Under the pieces are notes generated by a model, which worked only from the letters and a program-made list of their open reading frames with translations, searched no databases and had not been told where the DNA came from. DNA of 52,941 nucleotides from positions 1 through 52,941 of the IMG/VR virus record IMGVR_UViG_3300018984_000007, one strand, 5' to 3'. Position 1 is the first letter of the stretch. Each line of letters starts with the position of its first letter. The translations under genes were made by a program, and so were the position numbers. Origin of the DNA: a virus. Lineage: Duplodnaviria > Caudoviricetes. Positions 35,832 to 45,001 of this stretch are shown piece by piece.

Positions 35832-36686
35832 TCAGGCGGGCTGGGTGGTGTACGGCTTGAACGTGCTGTTGTTCGTGACCGGGATCTTGTATTCCAGGTC
35901 CTTGAGGTTGTCGGCCGCGTTGCTGGCTTCCGAGCCAGGCTTCACCTCGCTGCGGGTGACCACGTTGTCGACCTGCTTGGCGTGGTAGGTCCAGCGGCCG
36001 ATCTTCACCGTGCCGTAGACCGGCGTGGGCGCAGGGGTCGCAGGCTCGTCGGTCTTGAGCTTGCTGGCCTTCTCCACCAGGCGACCGGCGTGGGCGTAAG
36101 CCTTGTCGCGCAGCTTCTGCGAGGGCAACTCGTTCAGAGCGTCACGGACCTCGTCCTCGGTGCCGACCCAGCCGCCGTTCGCGATCACCGTCTGTGCAAT
36201 CTCCCTGGCCACCTGGCCAGCGTGCCTCGCGTCGTGACCCGGAGCGTACTCCCGTGAGGACAGAGCCTCGCAGCCGCACAAGCACGGCTTAGTGGCAGCA
36301 GCCGGATTGCGGGGGGCACGTGGTGACTTGGGGGCAGAGGTTCCCTTGGTGGGGGTGGCGGTCCTGGGTGCGGGCATCCGCGCGTCGAGCCAGGTGGTGA
36401 ACTTGGCGGTGACGGCTGCCTCGTCCTCCATCTTGACCAGGTCCTCGTGCAGACCCCAAACCGTGTCGCCGTCCGGGGAGGTGACCTCTTCAGCCCACCC
36501 GTGGTTGACCAGGATGCCGACCAGCTCGCGAGCGTACCGGCTGTTGATGTTCACCTTGCTGGCGACATCGGTGATGTCCACGAAGTGCTGGTCGTGGATC
36601 AAGGCGAAGGTCTTGGCCAGCTCGTCGCGAACGTGGCTCTCGATCTCGGCCTTCTTGGGAGCAGGGGTGGCGTTCTGGAGGGACAT
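35832..36686 (-). CDS. Putative DNA-binding protein: wHTH-like N-terminus and CxCGC...PGHDARH module
   Basis: ITDVASKVNINSRYARELVGILVNHGW; CLCGC..YAPGHDARHAGQV..LPSQKLRDKA. Confidence 0.7.
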   Translation of the reverse strand: MSLQNATPAPKKAEIESHVRDELAKTFALIHDQHFVDITDVASKVNINSRYARELVGILVNHGWAEEVTSPDGDTVWGLHEDLVKMEDEAAVTAKFTTWLDARMPAPRTATPTKGTSAPKSPRAPRNPAAATKPCLCGCEALSSREYAPGHDARHAGQVAREIAQTVIANGGWVGTEDEVRDALNELPSQKLRDKAYAHAGRLVEKASKLKTDEPATPAPTPVYGTVKIGRWTYHAKQVDNVVTRSEVKPGSEASNAADNLKDLEYKIPVTNNSTFKPYTTQPA

Positions 36687-36727
36687 TTGGGACTCCTGGG
36701 GTGAGAAGTGGCGGGGTGACTAGAACC

Positions 36728-36756
36728 ATCGTACCACATCCCGTCCCAGGACACAA
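36728..36756 (-). promoter_or_regulatory. Leftward promoter TTGTGT-N17-TACGAT
   Basis: Reverse-strand match with TGn extension. Confidence 0.65.
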
Positions 36757-36799
36757 GGGGTGCTTTGGTGTGCGCTGGGACGGAAAGAAGTGCGGTGGG

Positions 36800-37012
36800 T
36801 CAGGGAGAAGGGAAGAGGTGCGGGTAACCCCAAGGTTCCTGGGTTACGACCAAGACCGCACCGTTTCCGCCAATACGACGGAAATCCGGTGAACGCTTCA
36901 TGTCGTACGGACCGATCGCGTCTTCGGGGATCCGCCACTCTTCGGTCGTGTAGTACTTACCGGTGTCCTTGAACAGGATCACCTCAGCGCGGGGACCGGG
37001 GGGAAGTTGCAT
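36800..37012 (-). CDS. Hypothetical protein
   Basis: MQLPPGPRAEVILFKDTGKYYTTEEW...EPWGYPHL; ATG near 37012. Confidence 0.55.
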   Translation of the reverse strand: MQLPPGPRAEVILFKDTGKYYTTEEWRIPEDAIGPYDMKRSPDFRRIGGNGAVLVVTQEPWGYPHLFPSP

Positions 37013-37013
37013 G

Positions 37014-37415
37014 TCAGCTTGCGTAACCGACGGCGCGCAGAGGGAACTCGATCGTGACCAGGACCACGTCGGACGGGGAGAACTCCGCGTAGAACTCGCC
37101 TCCACCGACCTCCTGAGCCTCCATGAACAGGGACTCCGGGAAGTTGACCGAGAACCACCCCGGGATCGGACGACCGCCCCGATCCTTGAGGGGGCGGACC
37201 TCCGTGGCCGGGTCCACGATCACCTCGTGGTCGAGCTGGTTGATCGCACGGGCGACCAGGACCTCGTGGCCAACCGGCCAGGTCCGGCCGACGTGGCCGG
37301 AGTGCCGGGTGTTCGGGTTGGCGGCGTCACGGGCTTCGACCCAGACGACACGGACCGGGACGGCCGGGCAGAAGGAACGGGGAGCTGTGATTCGGGGAAG
37401 CGGCTTGGTTTCCAT
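37014..37415 (-). CDS. Hypothetical protein
   Basis: AAGGAG RBS; 133 aa. Confidence 0.65.
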   Translation of the reverse strand: METKPLPRITAPRSFCPAVPVRVVWVEARDAANPNTRHSGHVGRTWPVGHEVLVARAINQLDHEVIVDPATEVRPLKDRGGRPIPGWFSVNFPESLFMEAQEVGGGEFYAEFSPSDVVLVTIEFPLRAVGYAS

Positions 37416-37462
37416 GGCGGGTTCTCCTTATGGGGGTGGCGGTTCTTCGGTTTGGGGGGAGA

Positions 37463-37711
37463 CTAGAGTCGATTCCAAGCGGGGAGGATCAGAGAGACCA
37501 CGTCGCCGTCGGGGAAATCAACTGTGATAGTGAATTCGTCGTCGGGGAACCGGATGATGTGCTGGCCGATCAGGACCGGGAGCTGGGAGTTGTAGTTCAG
37601 GAGCCGCTCGAACGCGGTGCGGAATGCGTCCTTGTCGACGAGGGCTCGGATCAGCTCACCATTGTAGATGATTTTGGCCTGCGGTTTGGTGGGGGCGGTG
37701 ACGTCGGTCAT
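37463..37711 (-). CDS. Hypothetical protein
   Basis: 82 aa in tandem array. Confidence 0.6.
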   Translation of the reverse strand: MTDVTAPTKPQAKIIYNGELIRALVDKDAFRTAFERLLNYNSQLPVLIGQHIIRFPDDEFTITVDFPDGDVVSLILPAWNRL

Positions 37712-37726
37712 GGTGGGCGCTCGCTT

Positions 37727-37975
37727 TCAGTAGTCGAGGATGACGGAGATCGGGCCGACCCGGCTCTCCTGGGGGACGATCAGGGAGAACATCCAGTTCT
37801 CGCCCCAGACGGTGATCTCCAGCTCTTGCTCGCCGTAAGCCGAGGTGATTCGCATGTCCTCGATCGAGAGGGGTTCCGTGAACTTTCTGCCGTCAACCGC
37901 GACCAGCTTTTTGCCGACGAACTCGGAGAAGTCGGAATCTGCGATTAGGGCGCGGACCGTGTGGCGGGTTTCCAT
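37727..37975 (-). CDS. Hypothetical protein
   Basis: AAGGAG RBS; 82 aa. Confidence 0.65.
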   Translation of the reverse strand: METRHTVRALIADSDFSEFVGKKLVAVDGRKFTEPLSIEDMRITSAYGEQELEITVWGENWMFSLIVPQESRVGPISVILDY

Positions 37976-38041
37976 TGCAGGCTCCTTTGGCGGGGTCGAG
38001 CGGGGGGCGGGGGCGGGGGGCGTCTCTTTCTTTCTACCCCT

Positions 38042-38097
38042 ATCCTATCAGGTAGGGGGAGGGGATGCAAGGGGTGCGGGATGTGATGCGGATCACA
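38042..38097 (-). promoter_or_regulatory. Leftward promoter TTGCAT-N17-TAGGAT with perfect CRP-type box TGTGA-N6-TCACA (38082-38097)
   Basis: Direct motif match. Confidence 0.6.
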
Positions 38098-38296
38098 CCA
38101 GGAGCAAGCGACTTGCTAAACGGGAAACCGCAGCGGGGAGGGGTTCTGGGTTAACTCCGCAGACGCCACCCGGACAGTCGGAGCAGGGGAGGGTCGGGAA
38201 GCCCGCGTCCCAAGCGCTAGGGTCGTGGTGGGGGCGCGGATGACCGCAGTCGGGGCACGGGAGGGGAGGCAGCTTGCGGGGTTCGGCGTGTCTCAC
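38093..38296 (-). CDS. Small Zn-finger protein (CPDC-H...CSDC...C)
   Basis: AAGGAG RBS and GTG at 38296; 67 aa. Confidence 0.55.
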   Translation of the reverse strand: MRHAEPRKLPPLPCPDCGHPRPHHDPSAWDAGFPTLPCSDCPGGVCGVNPEPLPAAVSRLASRLLLV

Positions 38297-38467
38297 GGTG
38301 GGCGCTCCTTCGGCGGGGGGGATCACGGTAAATCTGCAAAGGCTTGACCTTGGAAAGCTACTACCGGGGCCGCCAAAAGGGAAAAGACCCGGTTCGGAAA
38401 CGTTGACGGCTGGTTTCGAGATTCGCGTGGGGAGGGTCACCGTGAATCTTCGGTGGGGGGCCGATCT

Positions 38468-38497
38468 CACCGGGGACCCTTCTCAGGGTCCCCGGTG
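38468..38497 (-). terminator. Hairpin downstream of 38505-38861 gene
   Basis: 13-bp perfect stem, GAGA loop on minus strand. Confidence 0.55.
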
Positions 38498-38504
38498 GGG
38501 AGCG

Positions 38505-38861
38505 TTAGACCTGGGCGTCTGCGAGAACCTTGGCGGCTGCGGCCTTGCCAGCCTCGCGGGCTGCGACCTTCGCGGCCTTCTCGGTTGCCTTGCGCTGCGC
38601 CGTCTCGTTGACGCCGAGCGCCTTCTCGCGGAGCTTGTCGGTCGGGAGCGTGGCCAGCAGAGCCTTGATCTCGTCCGAGCTGGTGGTTGCGGCGAGTGCG
38701 CGTCCGACCTGACCGGCGTGGCGTGCATCGTGTCCGCTGACGTAAAACGCGTCCTGCCGGACGGTTGCCTGTCCGCAGTTGCACTTGCAAGGGGTGGGGG
38801 TGGCGCTCGCGGTGGGCGCCTCGGTGGTGGCGACCTTCTTGGCGGCGGTCTTCGTGGTCAT
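38505..38861 (-). CDS. CxCxC...GHDARH-family protein with Ala/Lys-rich termini
   Basis: AAGGAG RBS and ATG 38861; CKCNC..YVSGHDARHAGQV..LPTDKLREKA. Confidence 0.75.
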   Translation of the reverse strand: MTTKTAAKKVATTEAPTASATPTPCKCNCGQATVRQDAFYVSGHDARHAGQVGRALAATTSSDEIKALLATLPTDKLREKALGVNETAQRKATEKAAKVAAREAGKAAAAKVLADAQV

Positions 38862-38917
38862 TTTGTGCTCCTTGGCGGGTTTCGGGGGGAGGCTTCCCTC
38901 CCCTTCCTTGTAATACA

Positions 38918-38947
38918 AGTATACCATCTCCGGGGGGTATGGCGCAA
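38918..38947 (-). promoter_or_regulatory. Leftward promoter TTGCGC-N18-TATACT
   Basis: Near-consensus -10 with TGn extension. Confidence 0.7.
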
Positions 38948-39025
38948 GTCCCGAGGGGTCGATGCCATGTGATGTGTGCCACATCGTAGCATACTTGTGC
39001 GTATGCGAGCGCTGTGCTAGATACA

Positions 39026-39079
39026 ATTGAACGTTCAACTATGGCTGCAAGTTGCGCTCGCAATAGTTGAACGTTCAAT
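39026..39079. repeat. Two TTGAACGTTCAA palindromes 40 bp apart, forming a 17-bp inverted repeat
   Basis: ATTGAACGTTCAACTAT (39026-39042) and ATAGTTGAACGTTCAAT (39063-39079). Confidence 0.85.
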
Positions 39080-39323
39080 AATGTCTGCACATACGAGTAT
39101 GGTATGGCTATACATATAGGCTGCCTAGATAGGTTTTCACCAAAGCGCACGCAATAACAGCGCGTGATGTGAGCAACGCCACATATACCCCTACCTCTCC
39201 ACGGTTCCATGAAAACGTTTTCCTAAGGCACGGTCTCGAACTCGATCCCCCCTCCCCCTTCCCTGAGTAAAGTCTCCCCCCACATACTCCCCCACTTCTC
39301 GCCTTTCCCATCCAACCGTTGCC

Positions 39324-40187
39324 GTGTTACGATGGGTCGTGCCCCCGCCTCCGCGTGCCAAAACCCACAACTGGCCTCCATTTGGTTATCAACGTTACCG
39401 CGCGAAGATCCTTCGTCCTCCGCCTTATGATCCTTTGATCCACCAGCACCGTCCCGAGTATTACCCCAAACCGGACTTCGGCCCTGAGGATGACCCGATC
39501 TGCGGCGCGCGAGACACGAAGCAGGGCGACGCCGATGGAGTCCGCGACAGCCAACGACCTCCAAACCAGCTTTGCCTACGTCCAGCTGGCAACGGAACAA
39601 ATCATCCGGGTTTCGGCCCTTGCTCGAAGCACGGCGGCAACACTGGCGCTGTCAGGAAGGGTGCAGCTTTGGACGCTGGCAGACATTTCATCGAGCGCAT
39701 GAAGGCGGAGATTACGATGTTTGGCGGCGACCCTGCTACTGTCACGATCACGCCGCAGGAGGCGCTGATGGAAGAGGTCCGCCGCTCTGTCGCCATGGTG
39801 CGGTATCTGCAATCGCAGATCTCAACGTGGAATCCTGCGGTTGGCGACATGGGCGCGCTCCCTACCCTGACCGATGAGACCTCTCTTGGCAGCGCCGCCC
39901 CAACGGACGCGGCGGAGTGGCTCCGGCTTTACCGCGAGGAACGCGCACATATGGTCCGCGTCTCAAAGATGGCAATCGACGCAGGTGTCAGCATGTTGAT
40001 GGTCCGCCTGGCCCAGGAGCAGGGGATGTTGGTCGCCTCTGCGGTCAAGCGCATCCTCGACAGCCTCCAGCTCTCGCCCGATCAGGCCGCTCTCGTTCCA
40101 AGCGTTGTCCCCAAGATCTTGGGCGAGATCTCACAACAAAGCTTCCCGGTCAACAGTCCGGTTCTTGAGGGCGTGGTCCTGCGGTGA
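39324..40187 (+). CDS. Terminase small subunit (putative)
   Basis: ICGAR...CLRPAG.GT.H.G.GPCSKHGG Zn motif; directly upstream of large terminase; start uncertain. Confidence 0.7.
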   Translation: MLRWVVPPPPRAKTHNWPPFGYQRYRAKILRPPPYDPLIHQHRPEYYPKPDFGPEDDPICGARDTKQGDADGVRDSQRPPNQLCLRPAGNGTNHPGFGPCSKHGGNTGAVRKGAALDAGRHFIERMKAEITMFGGDPATVTITPQEALMEEVRRSVAMVRYLQSQISTWNPAVGDMGALPTLTDETSLGSAAPTDAAEWLRLYREERAHMVRVSKMAIDAGVSMLMVRLAQEQGMLVASAVKRILDSLQLSPDQAALVPSVVPKILGEISQQSFPVNSPVLEGVVLR

Positions 40188-42028
40188 CAACCCGAGGACC
40201 CTTGATTCCAAGCGTCCAGGGTTACGACACCCCAGGTGACCGGCATCCCCGCGCGCACGGCCTGCCTCCATTCGATGGGGGGTGGCGGTCCGGGGGTCCG
40301 GGGGTCGAGGAACCTGTTGACCCCTTCGCATTCGCGGCAACTATGTTCGCCCCGAAAAAGACTTATCAGGATGATCCGCATGGTTGGGTCACTGCCGCCC
40401 TCGGGGAGCACATGTGGTCCAAGCAGCGCGAGATCCTGTTGAGTGTCCGGGACGAACGTTACACAGCGGTCCAGTCCTGCCATGACGCCGGTAAGTCGTT
40501 CGTCGCGGCGCGGACGGCGGCCTGGTGGATCGCGAGTCACCCGCCTGGTGAGGCGTTCGTCGTCTCGACCGCTCCTACATCGGCTCAGGTCAGTGCCATT
40601 CTTTGGAGGGAGATCGGCAAAGCCCACCGTAAAGGTGGTCTCATCGGTTCGATTACCACAGCGGGTTACCCGCAGTGGAAGTTGGGAAGTGAGATCGTTG
40701 GCTACGGACGTAAACCGGCTGATCACTCCGATGCCGCGTTCCAAGGTATTCACGCCAGGCACGTCCTGGTCATCATGGACGAGGCTGGTGGTATTAACAA
40801 GACGCTCTTCGATGCAGTCGACTCCCTCGCTACTAACGAGTATGCTCGCGTCCTTGCCATTGGTAACCCCGACGACCCCACGTCGGAGTTCGCGCAGGTC
40901 TGCAAGCCGGATTCGGGATGGAATACGATCCGAATTGACGGACTCCGCACCCCAAACTTCACGCGGGAAGCGGTCGAAGGACTCGTCTGTCGACAGTGTC
41001 GCAAGATCGGAAGAACCGCCACCCTCCTCAGCGACCTCTTCGAAGCGGAAGGGCTCGCGTACTCCCAAGAAGAAATCCCCGAAGACGTAAAGCCGATGCT
41101 CTTGAGCCCATTGTGGGTTGAAGAGCGACTGCACCGTTGGGTCGGCCGAACCACCCACTCGAACGATATCGCCCAGCAGGCGGCCGGTTCGTCGCTGTTC
41201 GTCAGCAAGGTGCGGGGCTTATTCCCTAGTACGTCAACTGAGGGTATTATCCCGTTGGGTTGGGTCGAGTCGGCCATGGCGAGGTACCGGCAGTGGGTTG
41301 ACGACGGCAAGCCCGGCCTTGCGGGCAAGACCAGCTTTGGGGTCGACGTGGCACGTGGTGGGGAAGACGAATCTTGCATCGCCGGTCGCACCGGTCACAT
41401 CCTACACTTCATCTCGAAGTACCCCTCGGCGGACACCATGGACACCGTTAGTTTCGTTGAAGCGAAGTTGCGGCCCTACACCGCCACGGAGGATGCCACC
41501 GCTATCGTCGACACCATCGGCGTTGGAGCCGGTGTCTACGATCGACTGCGCGAGATGAACTACCCGGTCATGCCGTTCACCGCGTCTGGCAAGGCGGCTG
41601 GTCTGTCTGACCGCAGCGGCGAGTTCACTTTCACTAACCTGCGCGCTGCTGCCTGGTGGAACATGCGCGAAATGCTGGACCCGTCGCGCGGTTCAAAGGT
41701 CATGCTTCTGGACGACGAGATTCTCAAGGCGGATTTGACTTCGCCACGATGGTTCAATCGACCCGGAGGCAAGATCCAGGTCGAGTTGAAGGACGAGATC
41801 CGCAAGCGGTTGGGTCGTTCAACGGACGCCGGAGACGCTGTGGTCATGGCGTTTTTTAGCGAGCTAGGCGCTATGGATGGGCAGGGCGACCCTTCTGCTG
41901 TACAATGGTACGGACCGGACGAGCAGGAACTGATGACAGTACATCGTTGGGTCGATGACCACGATGGATGGGACGTTAACCCGGACGTCAATCTCGGATG
42001 GGATGGACTTAAATGGCGAGGGCAGTAG
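40184..42028 (+). CDS. Terminase large subunit
   Basis: SCHDAGKS Walker A, VIMDEAG Walker B, IGNP, FGVDVARGGED, STDAGDA nuclease motifs. Confidence 0.95.
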   Translation: MTTRGPLIPSVQGYDTPGDRHPRAHGLPPFDGGWRSGGPGVEEPVDPFAFAATMFAPKKTYQDDPHGWVTAALGEHMWSKQREILLSVRDERYTAVQSCHDAGKSFVAARTAAWWIASHPPGEAFVVSTAPTSAQVSAILWREIGKAHRKGGLIGSITTAGYPQWKLGSEIVGYGRKPADHSDAAFQGIHARHVLVIMDEAGGINKTLFDAVDSLATNEYARVLAIGNPDDPTSEFAQVCKPDSGWNTIRIDGLRTPNFTREAVEGLVCRQCRKIGRTATLLSDLFEAEGLAYSQEEIPEDVKPMLLSPLWVEERLHRWVGRTTHSNDIAQQAAGSSLFVSKVRGLFPSTSTEGIIPLGWVESAMARYRQWVDDGKPGLAGKTSFGVDVARGGEDESCIAGRTGHILHFISKYPSADTMDTVSFVEAKLRPYTATEDATAIVDTIGVGAGVYDRLREMNYPVMPFTASGKAAGLSDRSGEFTFTNLRAAAWWNMREMLDPSRGSKVMLLDDEILKADLTSPRWFNRPGGKIQVELKDEIRKRLGRSTDAGDAVVMAFFSELGAMDGQGDPSAVQWYGPDEQELMTVHRWVDDHDGWDVNPDVNLGWDGLKWRGQ

Positions 42029-43458
42029 CGGGTGTCCCAGGCGTTGTAGATATCACGCACCTTCTCGACAGGGAAGATGGTTCCGCGTTCGACCACGACA
42101 CCATGTTGTTCAACGCGTACAACGAGGGTGCCGTCTTCAACTACGACCGAGGTTCGATCTCGGAGTTGAATGCAATGTTCGAGCGGGACGGCAAGGCGGA
42201 GACGCTGCGTCAAGTCCTGACCCTCCCGATCCGACAGGCTCCTTGGACGATCCGCAAGGGTCCGGCCGAGTCGAGCGCTGTCGAGCTGGTTGAGCGGGTT
42301 CTGTCGAACCCGGCCAACAACGGTGGAATGTCGACCCCGATGGGTCTGATCATCGCGCAAATGTGTCAGGCGATCGTTTATCGTAAGACTTACTTCGAGA
42401 AGGTCTTCACCGAGCGCGACGGTAAGATCATCTACGACAAGTTGGCCTGGCGTCCTCCGCAGACCTGCGCGATTGTCCGTGACCCAAAGAACGCGGCGTT
42501 TAAGGGGTTCAAGCAGCAGCCGATCCGGCTGGAGGACACCGAAGAGATCGAGATCCCTCCTCAGCGGGCTTTCGTTTACATTCATGGAACTGACAGGAAC
42601 CCGCTCGAAGGCAAGTCCGACATGGACATCACCTACTGGGCGTACATCACCAAGCAGAAGATCCGGTTCCTGTGGTACCAGTTCCTGGAGGGCCAGTCGC
42701 TCCCCAAGACGATCGTCCGAGCCCGCACCGAAACCGACGCGAATCGCGCCGCACAGAAGATCATTCAGCTCAAGCAGGGTGGCGTGGTCGGGATGACCGA
42801 CGCGATCACCACAGATGTTCTGGAGAGCAGCGGCAAGGGTGCTGACCAGTTCAAGGCGGCACTCCAGTGGCTCGACGCTGAGGCTTCTGGTTCCGTCCTG
42901 GCCGGGTTCACCGACCTCGGGGCAGCTGCGGTCGGCGGTACCGGGTCGTTCGCGTTGTCGAAGGACCAGACGGACTTCTTCCTGATGTCGCGTCAGGCGG
43001 TTGCGCGGGACATGGCGGACGCTCTCAATCAGTTCGTGATCCCCGACCTGGTTCACTACAACTTCGGGCCGGATGCTCGCAGCCCCGAGATCGAAATCGG
43101 ACCCATCACGCAGGACGACGCGAGTCTCGCGATCGGCCTTCTGCAGGCCGTTTCGGTCACGGAGTCGCCCGTCTTGCCTCGCGAATTCTATTCGGAACTG
43201 ATCGAGAGGGTCGCGGGGTTCCTGGAACTGAACACGGCTAAGGTCCGGGAGGGTCTGGCCAGGGCTGAGGCTCAGGGTCGGGCAGCTCTGCCGGATGCGC
43301 CGGGGGTCGGGGCCATGGCTGGGGTTGTCGGAGGTGCGGCGAGCGCGATCACCAGGCAGCGTGAGCAGCGCGAACCCCGGAATGACGCAGGACCGCCACC
43401 CCGCATTGGTGCTCGGATGCCTCGTATCATGATCGGGTCGGGTGGTCCGCGTGCCTGA
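42013..43458 (+). CDS. Portal protein
   Basis: 481 aa after terminase; FEKV, GSFALS, NQFVIPDLVHYNFG (DUF935-like). Confidence 0.85.
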   Translation: MARAVAGVPGVVDITHLLDREDGSAFDHDTMLFNAYNEGAVFNYDRGSISELNAMFERDGKAETLRQVLTLPIRQAPWTIRKGPAESSAVELVERVLSNPANNGGMSTPMGLIIAQMCQAIVYRKTYFEKVFTERDGKIIYDKLAWRPPQTCAIVRDPKNAAFKGFKQQPIRLEDTEEIEIPPQRAFVYIHGTDRNPLEGKSDMDITYWAYITKQKIRFLWYQFLEGQSLPKTIVRARTETDANRAAQKIIQLKQGGVVGMTDAITTDVLESSGKGADQFKAALQWLDAEASGSVLAGFTDLGAAAVGGTGSFALSKDQTDFFLMSRQAVARDMADALNQFVIPDLVHYNFGPDARSPEIEIGPITQDDASLAIGLLQAVSVTESPVLPREFYSELIERVAGFLELNTAKVREGLARAEAQGRAALPDAPGVGAMAGVVGGAASAITRQREQREPRNDAGPPPRIGARMPRIMIGSGGPRA

Positions 43459-43768
43459 GACCCTGTTCATGCAGCCCGAGGTCCTCAAACTGGATATGAT
43501 GGTCACCCGAGGAGGTGGGTGGAGCCTCGCGTTGCTCGTCACAGATAACGCGGGGATCGGGCTGGACCTCACGGGAAAGACCGCCACCATCACGTTGGAC
43601 GGGACGGTGAGCTGGAATGCTTCGGTCGTCGGTTCCACGTTCGTTTGGGATATCCCGAAGACCTCGGTGGACGCTCTTACGATTGACAAGGTGGGGGTGG
43701 CGGTTCTTACCGTGGCTGACGGAGCTAACGTTACGGTTTGGGCCAAGGGTAAGGTCACGGTCCAGTAG
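43451..43768 (+). CDS. Small beta-rich virion protein
   Basis: GLDLTGKTA...WAKGKVTV. Confidence 0.6.
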   Translation: MPETLFMQPEVLKLDMMVTRGGGWSLALLVTDNAGIGLDLTGKTATITLDGTVSWNASVVGSTFVWDIPKTSVDALTIDKVGVAVLTVADGANVTVWAKGKVTVQ

Positions 43769-44100
43769 TGGCGACGCTGAATCTGACACCTGGAGCCACC
43801 GTGAGGGTGGTTCAGCCGACTGTAGGCCTGGTGTCGGTTGTTCGAGGCTCGCGCTCCATCGGGGTGGTGGCGGTTCCTGCTGGCGCGTCGGCGGGTCTGA
43901 CCGGTTACGAACACGTGCAGTCGGTCCCGGCGTCGACTTGGATCATTAGTCTCCCGGCTCAGTTTCCCGCCAGACGACCCGCAGTGTCTTTGTACGTGAA
44001 CGACGAGATGGTAGAATCCGACATAGTTTGGTCGCCTGGGATCAAAACTGTGACTGTGACGTTCCCGTCGCCAATCGCTGGCGTCGCTGTAATCACGTAA
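43768..44100 (+). CDS. Small virion protein
   Basis: YEHVQSVPASTW...VTVTFPSPIAGVA. Confidence 0.6.
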   Translation: MATLNLTPGATVRVVQPTVGLVSVVRGSRSIGVVAVPAGASAGLTGYEHVQSVPASTWIISLPAQFPARRPAVSLYVNDEMVESDIVWSPGIKTVTVTFPSPIAGVAVIT

Positions 44101-44110
44101 GGGAGCCCCG

Positions 44111-45001
44111 GTGGCCAAGAAGTTCCTCAATGGCATCGATCTCAACAACCAGCGGATCGTTCTGGTAGCTTCTCCGTCCACGGGGACGGACGCGACCAAC
44201 AAGGACTACGTTGACAACTTGATCCAGGGTCTGTCTTGGAAGCAGGCGGTCCGTGTTGCCACCACGGCCAACGGGACTCTGGCTTCTGCGTTTGCCAATG
44301 GATCCGTCATCGACGGCGTTACCCTGGTCACTGGCAACCGAATCCTGATTAAGGATCAGACTACCCAGACCGAGAACGGCATCTACACGGTCAATGCGTC
44401 GGGTGCTCCGACTCGCGCAACGGACGCCGACACGGCGGCTGAGCTGGTCAACGCCACTGTTTACGTCTCCGAGGGTACCGTCAACGCCGATAAGGCGTTC
44501 ACGCAGACCGCGAATGCGCCGATCACGGTCGGCTCGACCAACCTCGCATTCGCCCAGCAGGGTGGCGGTACTGCCTACTCGGCTGGTAACGGTCTGCAGC
44601 TGTCCTCAACCACGTTCTCGGTTCAGGCCAACGGCTCGTCGATCGACGTTTCCGGCTCCGGTGTGCGGATCGCGGACGCTGCGGCTGGTGCCGGTATCAC
44701 CTCGACCTCCGGCGTGCTGGCAGTCGGTGCTGGTACAGGCATCACGGTCAACGCTGATGATGTGGCGATCAACACCTCAGTTGTCGTCCGTAAGTATGCG
44801 GTAGCAATTGGTGATGGTTCGGCCACTTCGATTGCGGTGACGCACTCGCTGGGTACTCAGGACATTACTTGGTCCGTTCGTGACGCAACTTCGCACGCGT
44901 TCGTCGAGACGGACGGAGTCGCCACCTCGACCACGGTCCTCACGCTCACCTTTGCGACGGCGCCGACCAGCGGTCAGTACCGCGTGGTGGTTCACGCCTA
45001 A
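44111..45001 (+). CDS. Head/fibre-type structural protein
   Basis: DATNKDYVD, WKQAVRVATTAN, RILIKDQTTQTENGIY, YSAGNGL, AGTGITV fibre motifs. Confidence 0.75.
   Translation: MAKKFLNGIDLNNQRIVLVASPSTGTDATNKDYVDNLIQGLSWKQAVRVATTANGTLASAFANGSVIDGVTLVTGNRILIKDQTTQTENGIYTVNASGAPTRATDADTAAELVNATVYVSEGTVNADKAFTQTANAPITVGSTNLAFAQQGGGTAYSAGNGLQLSSTTFSVQANGSSIDVSGSGVRIADAAAGAGITSTSGVLAVGAGTGITVNADDVAINTSVVVRKYAVAIGDGSATSIAVTHSLGTQDITWSVRDATSHAFVETDGVATSTTVLTLTFATAPTSGQYRVVVHA

Noticed and set aside
41560-44202. 880-aa minus-strand ORF
   Set aside because: Antisense shadow of terminase, portal and fibre genes; no motifs; expected at high GC
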